Below, one piece after another: positions 9,619 through 19,500 of a DNA stretch of 64,000 bases (the stretch's first letter is position 1; each line of letters begins with the position of its first letter). Source of the stretch: a virus (Duplodnaviria > Caudoviricetes); the IMG/VR virus record IMGVR_UViG_3300035182_001315. The stretch is one strand, 5' to 3'. The position numbers and the translations under genes are program-made. The notes under the pieces are model-generated. The model did no database searches, was not told the DNA's origin, and saw only the letters and a list, made by a program, of their open reading frames with translations.

Positions 9619-10773
9619 TTAAGAGCTGCATCCGATACATTCGAACTGGCTATTTTCTGGTTTTTCTGGTTGTTTTTCCTGTAAATCGATTGCCAAATGC
9701 TTGGCTTTCATGTCAACTGCCTCACTTCTTAAATAATATTGCCCAGTTTTTAATCCAAGCTTCCATCCAAGCATGTGAGCTGTTGTAATTCTACTTACTG
9801 TTGGTGTTGAGAAGAAAATATTAAGACTTTGTGATTGGTCAATGAACGGCGCACGTTCTGCTGACATCTCAATAAGTGACTTCTGTGATATTTCCCAAAC
9901 AGTTTTATAAATTTCTTTCAATTCCTGAGAAATACCCGGTATGTTTTGAACACTACCGTTGTTTTTTATCAATTCCTTAAGCATTTCCTTGCTCCATAAT
10001 CCTTCTTTCTCCAATTCAGCAATCAAATACTTATTTACCATGGCAAATTCACCACCTGTTACCGCTCTTACATATAAGTTTGATGTAAAGGGTTCAAAGC
10101 ATTCGTTAGAACCAATGAGACGTGCGCTTGATGCTGTAGGCATGCCGGTTGTTACAAGTGAATTGTAAAGACCGTACTTCTTTATGCTCTTTGCAAGTGC
10201 TTTCCAATCCCACATTCCACTCAAGTCAGCCTCAGTAAGGCCCCACATGTTCCATTGGAATACACCTTGTGATATTGGTGAGCCTGAGAAGTTCTCATAT
10301 GTCTTACCAGTTTCCTTTGAAATCTGATTTGATTCAGATAGAGCATGGTAATAAATTGTTTCGTAAATATTTTTGTTGATAACTCTCGCTTCTGGTGAAG
10401 TAAAAGGCAATCTTAAGATTGCAAATACATCAGCCAAGCCCTGAACACCGATACCCAACGCTCTCTGCTGCTTTCCGCCAGCTTCACCTTCCGGTGTAGA
10501 GTATTCGTTAACGTCAATTGCAATGTTGAGGCTGCGAACAACTGCTCTTGTAACCTTACCTAACAATTCATAATCATATGTACCATCAGCCTTAAAGAAT
10601 TTCTGTACTGGGATTGAAGTTAGCGTACAGATAGCTGTTATGGTTGCTGAAGTATTCTCCATAATTTCAGAACAATTATGAACCAATATACCATTAGCAA
10701 AAAAATTATAATTATCTTCTACCGTAATATCATAGACATTTTTTCTTTCGTTCAATTTTTCTATTCTTAACAT
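9619..10773 (-). CDS. nrdA: Ribonucleotide reductase alpha subunit, C-terminal fragment preceded by split-intein C-half (IntC)
   Basis: MLRIEKLNERKNVYDITVEDNYNFFANGILVHN|CSEI...; then AICTLTS, LGIGVQGLAD, GMPTASS, IDQSQSLN, GLKTGQYYLRS and terminal CIGCSS. Confidence 0.95.
   Translation of the reverse strand: MLRIEKLNERKNVYDITVEDNYNFFANGILVHNCSEIMENTSATITAICTLTSIPVQKFFKADGTYDYELLGKVTRAVVRSLNIAIDVNEYSTPEGEAGGKQQRALGIGVQGLADVFAILRLPFTSPEARVINKNIYETIYYHALSESNQISKETGKTYENFSGSPISQGVFQWNMWGLTEADLSGMWDWKALAKSIKKYGLYNSLVTTGMPTASSARLIGSNECFEPFTSNLYVRAVTGGEFAMVNKYLIAELEKEGLWSKEMLKELIKNNGSVQNIPGISQELKEIYKTVWEISQKSLIEMSAERAPFIDQSQSLNIFFSTPTVSRITTAHMLGWKLGLKTGQYYLRSEAVDMKAKHLAIDLQEKQPEKPENSQFECIGCSS
10675..10773 (-). 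mobile_element. Split intein C-half (33 aa)
   Basis: Block F VYDITV..NYNFFANG and block G VHN, followed by +1 Cys; has its own ATG. Confidence 0.92.
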
Positions 10774-10778
10774 CTCTT

Positions 10779-11513
10779 TTAATTTTTAAATTTCCACTTA
10801 AATCCACCGGCAGCAATACCCGTTTTACAAGACCTACTAATACCGGATTTACATTTAATGTTATTTTTTTCAGCAGCCTCAACAACTGTTTTGTATGACT
10901 CTATTTCCTCACCGTTCAATGTCATTTTAATAACGCTCTTTGCCTTTGGATTATTTTCCCGTCTATTATTATCTGACATAAGCTTTCTCGTCTCCTCCCC
11001 GACTCTTCGACCCTTATTCCAATGAGTACCACTTATTTTAGCAATATGAGAGGGCCTCTTTTCTAATGGAAGACCGTACATATTATTATTTTTACCAGTT
11101 GCATTAAGCCTATATTTTTCTCTAATTTCTTCCTTACGGATATTGTTTGAAAAAGTATCTCCACCGAATCCACCAACGCATATATTAGTTAATATACCAG
11201 TTTTATTATAACGAAATCCCATTAGCGAAATGAGAAGTATTTCAATATCATAAGCCACGTTTTCCTGAAGATTATCAAGAACTTTTATAATTATTGGTTC
11301 AGCACCTGATGCAAGAATCTAATTAATTACATGTAATTTATATTGGTTATTGGTAACGTCTGGTTGTCCCTTTTTAATTACATTTAAATGCTTTAAATAA
11401 CGACCAGACTTTCCCTTTCCAATGTAAAAAGACTTAAATTCAAATACGTAATTTCCAAACTTATAACATCCCGGATATCTTGGGTCAAGGTATGCATAAA
11501 CATAAAAATTAAA
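10779..11513 (-). pseudogene. Decayed GIY-YIG homing endonuclease between the two nrdA halves
   Basis: Hand translation: FNFYVYAYLDPR...FYIGKG...KHL...VIN-TAG(11319-11321)-ILASGAEPII..., continuing in frame into ORF 10779-11258 (NUMOD3/NUMOD1, GGFKWKF). No ATG/GTG/TTG start; frame differs from both nrdA halves. Confidence 0.85.
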
Positions 11514-13098
11514 TAATTAATAAAATATCTTCGGGAACTAAATCCTTTGTGAAAACATATCCTCTATTTTTTGTGAAAACCTTATGGTCTCCAGTGCATA
11601 TTAACTCTTTTCCAGTTTCTTCATCAGTAACCCTATAAACTTCAGCGTCATTACCTGTTAATGCTCCATTAATTATTTTTTTGTATTCAGGTTTACCGGT
11701 ATGTTCGTTAAATCCTAATACCTCAATTGGTTCCATATTATACGCAACAACGTCTTTCCTGAAATATTCAACTGCCTCTTTTATTGTGGTTTTTTTATAA
11801 GTTTCACCGATTTTAACACTCATTTCAGTATTTTCATCGACACACAAGTTTGATGAGTGAATAACACCAAAGTTCTTCTGATTAGATTTTTTGTTTGCGT
11901 GGTCCTTAAAGCACATGTACGGCATGCCGGTTTCAATCTGTGATTCAAGAATCTTCAACCACAAGTCATGAGCTTTTATCTTTTTACCAATACCTAAAGC
12001 AACAGCCTTGTTGTATTCTTCTTCAAATTCTTCACCATAGATTTCGTAGAATGGCTTAAGGCCAGCCTTAGCAATATCGTATGGGCAGAACAAATGCCAG
12101 TCACTGTTGGTCTCTACAGCCCTCATGAAATTATCAGAAGTCCATAAAGCAGTAAAGAGGTCTCTTGCTCTAAGTGTGTCATCACCAGTTTTCTTTCTGA
12201 TATCCAAAATATCAAAAACATCTTTGTGCCATGGCTCAATATAAATTGCACATGACCCCGGCCTCTTACCCCTTTGGTTCCAAAAACGAAGGGCTTCGTT
12301 GATAATCTTTAGATATTTCAGAACACCACCGGCTTTACCATTGCTGGAGCCAACTGGAGATTCTTTAGAACGCATGTTAGATACAGCCAAGCCAATACCT
12401 TCAGCTTTTGATGATGAGATAGACAATCTGCTAAGCATACCCAATAACCCGTCAGTTGAATCGTCTGGGATAATGGAAAGGTTACAAGATGCAATCTGGG
12501 CAATCTTGGTACCGATGTTAAGCATGATTGGAGTGGCTGGGGAAATCATGTGGTTTGAAAGGTACTCATAGAATTCCTTAAATTCTTCAATTGTATTGGT
12601 CAGCATCAGGGCCACACGCACATACATGTGCTGAGGTCTTTCTGAGATAACTGAACCAATCTTAAGGAGATAGATATCCTTAAGTGAAGACCAACCGAAA
12701 TAGTCGAACCGGTAATCCTTTGAATAGTCGATTACCTGTTCAACAGTCTCATGATATTCCTTAACCTTGTTATAGTATACATCGGACAGTACACCGGCTT
12801 TATAGAGTTTCTTTGTGGCTTTCACGAAGGAATCTTCTGTTTCCTTATGAAGCTTACTGATTGCAATATTTGCTGCCAGTTTCGAGTAATCAGGGTGATT
12901 CATTGTCATTGACTCAGCGACGATAGAGATTAAATCATCTAACTCTCTGGTTGTCATATTATCAGCGATACCTTGTGCTACTTTGAGGAAAACGTCATCT
13001 GCATTTATCTTTAATCCTTTTGATTGAGTTTTAATTCTTAACAAAATCTTGTTTGGGTTGAAATCGATTTTGTCTCCGTTTCTTTTTACTATTTTCAT
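11509..13098 (-). CDS. nrdA: Ribonucleotide reductase alpha subunit, N-terminal fragment (ATP cone) ending in split-intein N-half
   Basis: MKIVKRNG ATP cone; SPATPIMLN; GSCAIYIEPWH; ETGMPY; SSNL|CVDENT... intein to the stop codon. Confidence 0.95.
   Translation of the reverse strand: MKIVKRNGDKIDFNPNKILLRIKTQSKGLKINADDVFLKVAQGIADNMTTRELDDLISIVAESMTMNHPDYSKLAANIAISKLHKETEDSFVKATKKLYKAGVLSDVYYNKVKEYHETVEQVIDYSKDYRFDYFGWSSLKDIYLLKIGSVISERPQHMYVRVALMLTNTIEEFKEFYEYLSNHMISPATPIMLNIGTKIAQIASCNLSIIPDDSTDGLLGMLSRLSISSSKAEGIGLAVSNMRSKESPVGSSNGKAGGVLKYLKIINEALRFWNQRGKRPGSCAIYIEPWHKDVFDILDIRKKTGDDTLRARDLFTALWTSDNFMRAVETNSDWHLFCPYDIAKAGLKPFYEIYGEEFEEEYNKAVALGIGKKIKAHDLWLKILESQIETGMPYMCFKDHANKKSNQKNFGVIHSSNLCVDENTEMSVKIGETYKKTTIKEAVEYFRKDVVAYNMEPIEVLGFNEHTGKPEYKKIINGALTGNDAEVYRVTDEETGKELICTGDHKVFTKNRGYVFTKDLVPEDILLII
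11512..11844 (-). mobile_element. Split intein N-half (111 aa)
   Basis: Starts at Cys1 (CVDENTEM) right after RNR SNL; block B ICTGDHKVFTKNRGYV; ends DLVPEDILLII*. Confidence 0.92.
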
Positions 13099-13112
13099 TT
13101 TTCTTCTTTATT

Positions 13113-14066
13113 TTAAATATCCTCATCGAACGTAATCGCACCTGTTAAATCGGCAGCTTTGTACTCTGACGACCTGCCTTCAAAGAAGTTTTGTTTCGTC
13201 TTCAAAGCGATTTGATTCATGAAATCAAAGGGATTTTTTGAGTCAAAAACCTTGTCACATTTTAACTGAACTAACAGTTGGTCAGTCACATACTCAAGGT
13301 AAGTTTTCATCAATTCATTGTTCATTCCAATGAGTGAAACGGGTAATGATTCGGTAATAAATTCCTTCTCAATTTCTAATGCAGATAATAAAATTTCTTT
13401 TATTCTTTCTGGGGAAACTTTGTTAACAACGTAATCGTTATAGATGTGGATAGCAAAATCGCAATGCATCGCCTCATCCCTTGAGATGAATGCGTTACTC
13501 TTACAGAGCCCCGGCATCAAACCTCTTGACTTCAACCAGAAGATAGAACAAAAGCTACCGCTGAAGAAGATACCCTCAACTGCCACAAAAGCTAACAGTC
13601 GTTCGGCAAATGATTCGGATTTAATCCAGTCCAAGGCCCAAGTAGCTTTTTTCATTACTGGTGGCATAGTTTGGATAGCGTGGTAGCATTCATTCTTTTC
13701 AGCTGGGCTCTTGATATAGGTGTCAATGAGCATAGCGTAAACAAGGCTATGAATGTTTTCCATCATGATTTGAAAACCGTAAAAGAATCTTGCTTCAGGG
13801 TATTGCACTTCATTCATGAAGTTTACCGCAAGGTTTTCGTTAACGATACCATCGCTGGCTGCGAAAAACGAGAGGATGTTTTTAATGTAGTACTTCTCGT
13901 TTTCGGTAAGTTTGTTTTCCCAGTGGTCGATGTCTTGGCCAAGGTCGAGTTCTTTTTCTGTCCACATGGCCGCTTCTGCGTCTTTGTAATACTGCCAGAT
14001 ATCATGGTATTGTATCGGGAAGATTACGAACCTGTTAGGGTTCTCTACTAATATTGGTTCTGTCAT
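13113..14066 (-). CDS. nrdB: Ribonucleotide reductase class Ia beta subunit
   Basis: [46 protein letters not shown] di-iron motifs. Confidence 0.97.
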   Translation of the reverse strand: MTEPILVENPNRFVIFPIQYHDIWQYYKDAEAAMWTEKELDLGQDIDHWENKLTENEKYYIKNILSFFAASDGIVNENLAVNFMNEVQYPEARFFYGFQIMMENIHSLVYAMLIDTYIKSPAEKNECYHAIQTMPPVMKKATWALDWIKSESFAERLLAFVAVEGIFFSGSFCSIFWLKSRGLMPGLCKSNAFISRDEAMHCDFAIHIYNDYVVNKVSPERIKEILLSALEIEKEFITESLPVSLIGMNNELMKTYLEYVTDQLLVQLKCDKVFDSKNPFDFMNQIALKTKQNFFEGRSSEYKAADLTGAITFDEDI

Positions 14067-14068
14067 TT

Positions 14069-15529
14069 TTAATTGGTTAATGGTGTGATTTGTGGTGTAA
14101 TATCTGTTGGTACTGTAGCCATTGGGTTTCCTGCACCGGCCAAAGCTTCCTTGCGCTTACGAATAACATCAAGAATACCAGCTACATACTGCTTTTCTTC
14201 CTTCTCCTTGTCCTTGTTGTAGTTACCTGTGCTCTTCGCTTCGTTAGCACCCATGTTGATTTGGATGGTACCGTTGTTAAAAATAATGTCCTGTAAGATG
14301 ATACCGTCCTTGCCGAATCTTGACTTAAGAATGGCGATGGTTGCGGTACCGTTTTCCTTCTGGTCGAGAGTCTTCGCTATAGACAATACAAAGTGTCCAA
14401 TTTGGCCCTTCTTGATAGAACCGCCCATTTGGTCAGCTTCAACAACTTCGGCCTTTATTGAACTTCTATTGCCCTGTACAGCCGTCCAGCCAGCGATATC
14501 GAAATCGGCAAGCATTGCCTCAAATTGTCTCATAACACTACCTTCACCGGCATTAACATCATCAAACTTCTTTGATGGCACAACGCAGTCGATGTAGTCC
14601 AATAAGATAAGGTCTGGCTTAAAGCCTTCGGCAATTTGTTTTCTGATATACTGGCGAATCATTGGAATGGTTGTACCATCGCTAGAGAATTTCTTCAGCT
14701 TCAATACTCCCGGCTCTTCGTTCTTTCTGATTGCAAGCTCTTTCAACTCATCCCTATGAAGGGTCAATGAGTTTAAGTCATATCCAGACCAGCAAGCCAA
14801 ATGCTTCCTTTGAATAACCTTTGGCATGTCTTCAAAAAATATTTGAAGAACGTTATACCCAAGGTCCTTAGCGGTGTTACCAACCTTGGTCATGAATGTT
14901 GTTTTACCAACACCGAATGGGGCCAAGACAATAGCTAATTCCTGTTTAGATAAACCGCCGTCCATAATTTCATCTAATCCCTTGATTCCTGTTGGAATAG
15001 GCTTTCTGAAATCATCTGCAAGCACCGCTTCGATGTTATCGGTAATGTTGATTGCGTTGTCTTTATTGTCACCATGCTCCATAGCCTTTTTCAAGACTTC
15101 TTCGCAATAGTCGTATTGGCTTATATCACCTCTGTCAATAATTTTTTGAATTTCTTTGATTGCCTTGTTAAGCTCTTGTTGCTTACAAAATTTCATCGCC
15201 TTATCTTGGACAGCAAGACCATCATTAAAATTTACATCCTTGATGGCCTTTAACTGCTGAAGTGCATACTTTTGGTCAAACTCATTTGTTATCTTGTCTA
15301 ACAATCTGAATTCCAAGCTACCAATATCTGGTATGATGTTATATTCATTATACGCATCCTTGATTGTTGATACGATAATTTTAAGGCTTTGGTCTTCGAA
15401 GTAATTGGCATCTATAATCTCAACTATTGATTCAGCGAACTTCGTATCTACGAGTAATTGGGCTACCAATCTTAATTGGAAATCTGCACCCAAATACCCG
15501 AAACCATCTCTTTTAATTACTTTCGACAT
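14069..15529 (-). CDS. Replicative DNA helicase (DnaB / T4 gp41-like)
   Basis: [16 protein letters not shown], Walker [33 protein letters not shown]. Confidence 0.93.
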   Translation of the reverse strand: MSKVIKRDGFGYLGADFQLRLVAQLLVDTKFAESIVEIIDANYFEDQSLKIIVSTIKDAYNEYNIIPDIGSLEFRLLDKITNEFDQKYALQQLKAIKDVNFNDGLAVQDKAMKFCKQQELNKAIKEIQKIIDRGDISQYDYCEEVLKKAMEHGDNKDNAINITDNIEAVLADDFRKPIPTGIKGLDEIMDGGLSKQELAIVLAPFGVGKTTFMTKVGNTAKDLGYNVLQIFFEDMPKVIQRKHLACWSGYDLNSLTLHRDELKELAIRKNEEPGVLKLKKFSSDGTTIPMIRQYIRKQIAEGFKPDLILLDYIDCVVPSKKFDDVNAGEGSVMRQFEAMLADFDIAGWTAVQGNRSSIKAEVVEADQMGGSIKKGQIGHFVLSIAKTLDQKENGTATIAILKSRFGKDGIILQDIIFNNGTIQINMGANEAKSTGNYNKDKEKEEKQYVAGILDVIRKRKEALAGAGNPMATVPTDITPQITPLTN

Positions 15530-15573
15530 ATTGTTTTAGGGGTTAAAAAAACTTTTAGGTATAATTAAATATC

Positions 15574-16062
15574 CTAAAGTTTGACATCGGCGAACTCAGT
15601 CGTATAATTATTTTGACTCAGCACGTACTTGATTTCAGACATGATGTTGGGAATCACTTCCTTAATGTTCACCTGATACCTTACCTGCTGTGGAAAATAA
15701 TTTCCACTGAAAGTACTTTGCGCCATTACTGCCTTATCTACCTTAATTTCGAAATCAAAGGTGTCTTCTTTTTCGAAGAGGTTTTTACCTTCCTCGAACT
15801 TCTGCTGGTAGCTGTTATGCGGATTGTAATACTTCCACATGTACTCCATAGCAACCTTCTTCAAGTACTTCGGGATGATACCCATATAAGCACCATTGTG
15901 CATACCCACTACTTTGTCCATTAATTCCTTAAGCTCTACAGAGCGCAGGGATTTTTCGTTAAAATCCTTAACACTGAAGGACCTTGAACAGATAATGTTC
16001 TTGTTAATGTAAAGGACGAATTCAAATCTCTGGTCTTCCACTTTCTTAGTCATTTGTTTCAT
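15574..16062 (-). CDS. Hypothetical protein in the replication cluster
   Basis: 162 aa; overlaps the end of the exonuclease gene; operon context only. Confidence 0.7.
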   Translation of the reverse strand: MKQMTKKVEDQRFEFVLYINKNIICSRSFSVKDFNEKSLRSVELKELMDKVVGMHNGAYMGIIPKYLKKVAMEYMWKYYNPHNSYQQKFEEGKNLFEKEDTFDFEIKVDKAVMAQSTFSGNYFPQQVRYQVNIKEVIPNIMSEIKYVLSQNNYTTEFADVKL

Positions 16063-17125
16063 TTGTTTGGTTTTTAATGGTTTTCAATTCCCTCTCGATT
16101 AATTGTTTGAAGGGTACTAAATATTCGGCATACCTGTGCCGTCCAATTGTTCTGTCAATTCCGTCTATCTTCATTTGATGAAAGACTGTCTTGATACTTC
16201 TCTCATTCATATCGAATTGGCCCTCGATGAGATGTTCAAGCTCTTCAGCTGCTTCGGCTGTTACCATTGGATTTCTCAAGTCTACGATTGCAGTGTTTAT
16301 CTCGTATAACTTATCTCCCTGTACACCGTTAGTGGTGCCATTGATGATTGCATCCAATGCTTTCAACCTTGGTTGTTTTGCAACAACCCTTTCTTCTTGT
16401 AAAACTTTTGCTTTTTGTATAATTTCCTCAAGTGTTACTTTCCTGTCGATGATTTCAGGAAATAAGGAAATAAGTTTTTTCTCTTTGACCCCAGCAACTC
16501 CTTTGATGGAGTCGGAGTCATCGCCTGTGATTATCTTGATAAGAGCGGCGTTCTCTAAGTTGTGGCAAAAATACGAAGAATAGTTATTCGTGTCAACATA
16601 ATTCTTCAAATCGCAAAAATAAATTCTTACACCTTCTTCAATTAGTTGGCACATGTCTCTATCCGTTGTGCAGATGGTGATTTTTTCACTTACATCTCTG
16701 TTTATGCAATAGTATCCTATGAAGTCATCTGATTCAACGAACTCATGTTGGAGTTGTCTTATGCAAAGTTCTTCGAGATAATTCCATATCATCTGCTTCT
16801 GTAAAATCTCCGATTCGTCCACGGGTTGAGTCCCGTTGATGTAGTCTTTTCCACGGCCACTTTTGTAAGCCGGATATAAATTATATCTGAGCTTGCCGCT
16901 CATCTTACCATCCCAGAATACGTAAACTCTATGAAAGAGATTTTCGGTTAGTAGTTTACGTAAGACAGTAAGGAATTGGTATACACCGCCAATGTGTTCG
17001 CCACGGTGATTATATTCGTTCTTGGCACCGAAGAAGCCTACTTTAAAAAGGGCATTTCCATCAACCAAAAGCGTGTTTGTAAAAGTTAATCTTTTTTCAC
17101 CATTACGTGGTGGTCGTTTGCTCAC
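16046..17125 (-). CDS. 5'-3' exonuclease (T4 RNase H / PolI 5'-nuclease family)
   Basis: LLVDGNAL, VFWDG, YPAYKSGR, ESDDFIG, TTDRDMCQL, GDDSDSIKGVAGV. Confidence 0.93.
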   Translation of the reverse strand: MSKRPPRNGEKRLTFTNTLLVDGNALFKVGFFGAKNEYNHRGEHIGGVYQFLTVLRKLLTENLFHRVYVFWDGKMSGKLRYNLYPAYKSGRGKDYINGTQPVDESEILQKQMIWNYLEELCIRQLQHEFVESDDFIGYYCINRDVSEKITICTTDRDMCQLIEEGVRIYFCDLKNYVDTNNYSSYFCHNLENAALIKIITGDDSDSIKGVAGVKEKKLISLFPEIIDRKVTLEEIIQKAKVLQEERVVAKQPRLKALDAIINGTTNGVQGDKLYEINTAIVDLRNPMVTAEAAEELEHLIEGQFDMNERSIKTVFHQMKIDGIDRTIGRHRYAEYLVPFKQLIERELKTIKNQTNETND

Positions 17126-17155
17126 ATCATTAAATTAAGATGTTAAAAAAATTGT

Positions 17156-18268
17156 TTACGCCATCAAATCTTCTATGCTCATCGCAGTCTCAGCAGACTT
17201 GGTGATGTTGATTTCACCATGGTCAGACTGTAATTGCTTAAGAATAAAGTCTTTGTTTATCTTCTTGTAATCAGTAAGGTTGTCTGGATTCCAGTAACCA
17301 TGTGATGTAGAAGCAATCTTGCCCATCAACTCAATACCATTGACTTGGTTCTTTTCACATTTAATCTTCGCTTCAACACCAAATTGATATTTCATCGTTA
17401 CTCCACCGGCTGTAATTTCAGCATTCAATTTTGTTGTACCGTGTGTAAGGATACCACCGAAGTGAATGATAAGTCTTGCACCATAGAAGAAGGCTTCACC
17501 ACCCTTGTGCTTAATAACTGTATTGATGTTGTCAAACCAAATCTTCTGCACAGCGAAGAATGAGTTTGTGTATTTGCAATCGCTTCTTTGTGAATCTGAA
17601 ATTCTGAAATTAAGAATTGATTTGAATGCAGTTTCCAATGCACCAGCGTTCCACATGTTGTTTTTGCTCTTTGACTTTACAGCCTTGAAACAATCCAGTG
17701 AGCCAATAGAGTCCCAGATAAATAAAATGTTTCTTGGGAAATCTCCTGCTTCCTGCATATCCAAAACTTCATCAATAAAACGTGCGATGTCTTCAATAAC
17801 TGGTTCGTTTCTTACGGCCTTGTCTTTTGTCTTCGCTTCATCATATTCCCAGAACTTGTACATGTCCAACAACTTTCTGTTGCTGATATATAAAAAGTCA
17901 CCTTCGTAATCTGAGTTACCATTTTCATCAGTAATTTCTTCGTATTGAACACCTACATTCTTTGCGTGTTCCCAATTGAAGTTACCTTCGGTATCAAATA
18001 TAATTGGAAAGTCTCCGATTTTATTTGCACCGACAATTGCTTCATACATTGCTGTGGATTTACCAGTGTTGGAATAACCTCTGGCAAGTGTTGTGTAACC
18101 TCTTGGTATACCCGGAATTCCGAGTGCTTCTTGAAATGCTTCCGATAAAGGAACCCATGATAAGTCTTTTGGTTTGTTTGTTCTTGTTAAGCCTTTTGAT
18201 TCTTTAAAAGCCTTCAGGTCAAAGGTTTTTTTTTCTATAATACCTGCTTTAACTGGTTTCTTTGCCAT
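17156..18268 (-). CDS. uvsX: RecA/UvsX-like recombinase
   Basis: GIPRG...GYSNTGKST Walker A; FDTEGNF; IWDSIGSL; KHKGGEAFFY; KCEKNQV. Confidence 0.85.
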   Translation of the reverse strand: MAKKPVKAGIIEKKTFDLKAFKESKGLTRTNKPKDLSWVPLSEAFQEALGIPGIPRGYTTLARGYSNTGKSTAMYEAIVGANKIGDFPIIFDTEGNFNWEHAKNVGVQYEEITDENGNSDYEGDFLYISNRKLLDMYKFWEYDEAKTKDKAVRNEPVIEDIARFIDEVLDMQEAGDFPRNILFIWDSIGSLDCFKAVKSKSKNNMWNAGALETAFKSILNFRISDSQRSDCKYTNSFFAVQKIWFDNINTVIKHKGGEAFFYGARLIIHFGGILTHGTTKLNAEITAGGVTMKYQFGVEAKIKCEKNQVNGIELMGKIASTSHGYWNPDNLTDYKKINKDFILKQLQSDHGEINITKSAETAMSIEDLMA

Positions 18269-18301
18269 TCTTGTAACGTTTGGATTTTCATATTATTGGA
18301 T

Positions 18302-18340
18302 AAAAAGAAAATGGGCAGTATGATACCACCCATTTCTTTT
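18302..18340 (-). terminator. Rho-independent terminator after the SSB gene
   Basis: AAATGGG...CCCATTT stem followed by TCTTTTT. Confidence 0.7.
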
Positions 18341-18351
18341 AATGGTTCTTC

Positions 18352-19275
18352 TTAGAATGGTAAGTCGTCGTCTTCTTCACCAGCAGTTACTGGTTCAGAT
18401 GTTACCGCTGGGGTTGTTGGCGCAGCTGCTGTAACGTTCGTCTTAACATTTTGAACACCCAATGAAAGCTCTGCATCAAGCTTAGCTGGTTCATCGGTAG
18501 AAGTTGCGTTCTTGTCAACAAATTTCTTTGCTTCTTTATCCCACACTGGTACACCACCACCTACAACAATCGCAAGATAGTCGTAAGGCTTAACGCTGTA
18601 CACGTCTTCCCATGTTCTTGTGTCAGCCAACCACTCAGCTTGCTGAGCAGCGTCTTCACTCAATGGAGAAGAGTCCAATTGGGTTATCGTTTGAACGATA
18701 GGGTAGTTGTTCTGGTCTCTTGCCAAGATAACGCTCAAGTCACGGCCAGTTACTGGGTCAGTAATGTCCTTCTTGATAGCAGAGATGATACCATAAATCT
18801 TATCGAAGATACCTTGCTTGCGGTAATCGTGTGCGAATCTCCAGAACTTCACTGGATGTGAACCGTCCTTAACTTCAGGGGCTCTGTCAACAAGCTTCAC
18901 GATGTACATCTTACGTGCAGAGTACTTCTTTGCTGTTTCTTTGTCTTGGTCTTTGCCGGTAGCAAGTAATGCTTCACGGGCTTCACAGAATGGGCAATCC
19001 TGTCCTTTCTCATGCTTAAGACATGCGAATACCTTTGAATCTTTACCTACCTTTGTCTTGTGGCCGTAAAATTCAATGAATGGCGATGTGCCGTCTGCTG
19101 CTGGAAGAATTCTGATTATTTTGGTGGCTGTCTTAACGCCATCTGCAAGGTGAGTGGTGAAGTAGTTCTTCAGGTCATACTCTTTCTTGTCTGTGCTTTT
19201 GGAGGAATTTATAGAGCTATCTTCATACTGTTTAAGCATAGCGTCTAATGCGGAATTGGTTTTCGTAGTTGACAT
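18352..19275 (-). CDS. Single-stranded DNA-binding protein (T4 gp32-like)
   Basis: IRILP...PFIEFYGH...C..H.....CPFCE zinc site; acidic tail EEDDDLPF. Confidence 0.88.
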   Translation of the reverse strand: MSTTKTNSALDAMLKQYEDSSINSSKSTDKKEYDLKNYFTTHLADGVKTATKIIRILPAADGTSPFIEFYGHKTKVGKDSKVFACLKHEKGQDCPFCEAREALLATGKDQDKETAKKYSARKMYIVKLVDRAPEVKDGSHPVKFWRFAHDYRKQGIFDKIYGIISAIKKDITDPVTGRDLSVILARDQNNYPIVQTITQLDSSPLSEDAAQQAEWLADTRTWEDVYSVKPYDYLAIVVGGGVPVWDKEAKKFVDKNATSTDEPAKLDAELSLGVQNVKTNVTAAAPTTPAVTSEPVTAGEEDDDLPF

Positions 19276-19326
19276 TTTTTGTAGTTGTTTTTAAAAGTTG
19301 TCTCGTTAGTTGTCTCGAATTAGTTG
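19266..19326 (-). repeat. Five CAACT(A/T) direct repeats in the SSB leader, one just inside the coding start
   Basis: Plus-strand tagttg/aagttg at 19266, 19282, 19295, 19307, 19321; two copies extend to agttgtctcg. Confidence 0.8.
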
Positions 19327-19333
19327 TTCCCTT

Positions 19334-19361
19334 AATATAATAAAAAACTACAGAATGTCAA
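19334..19361 (-). promoter_or_regulatory. TTGACA-N16-TATATT promoter upstream of SSB
   Basis: tgtcaa at 19356-19361 and aatata at 19334-19339. Similar TTGATT-N16-TATATTAA at 52967-52996 (+). Confidence 0.65.
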
Positions 19362-19408
19362 GTGGTTTTTAAGGATATTTTGAAACTTTCTTTTTCGGTT
19401 GATTTCGG

Positions 19409-19440
19409 CAAATATACCAAAGGAATTGTCTGATTGCAAC
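19409..19440 (-). promoter_or_regulatory. Bacteroidota-type sigma-A promoter (TTG-N20-TATATTTG)
   Basis: -7 element TATATTTG at 19416-19409; TTG at 19439-19437. Confidence 0.7.
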
Positions 19441-19464
19441 TTTTGTCAAAACTTTCTACAAAAT

Positions 19465-19490
19465 AAAAAAGGTCCCCATTAGGAACCTTT
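19465..19490 (-). terminator. Rho-independent terminator
   Basis: GGTTCC-TAATG-GGGACC followed by T6 on the minus strand. Confidence 0.65.
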
Positions 19491-19500
19491 AGTGTATATC

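Noticed and set aside
11319-11321. In-frame TAG as evidence of stop-codon reassignment (code 15)
   Set aside because: TAG at 8960-8962 is followed directly by a terminator, and long essential genes show no internal TAG breaks; a local nonsense change is simpler.
10774-11511. Group I intron or ribosomal bypass joining the nrdA halves
   Set aside because: The halves are in the same frame, but I saw no intron core structure or matched landing codon. IntC has its own ATG and both intein halves are complete for trans-splicing.
19266-19326. Mini CRISPR array
   Set aside because: Repeats are 6-10 nt with 2-10-nt gaps, far too short; no cas genes.
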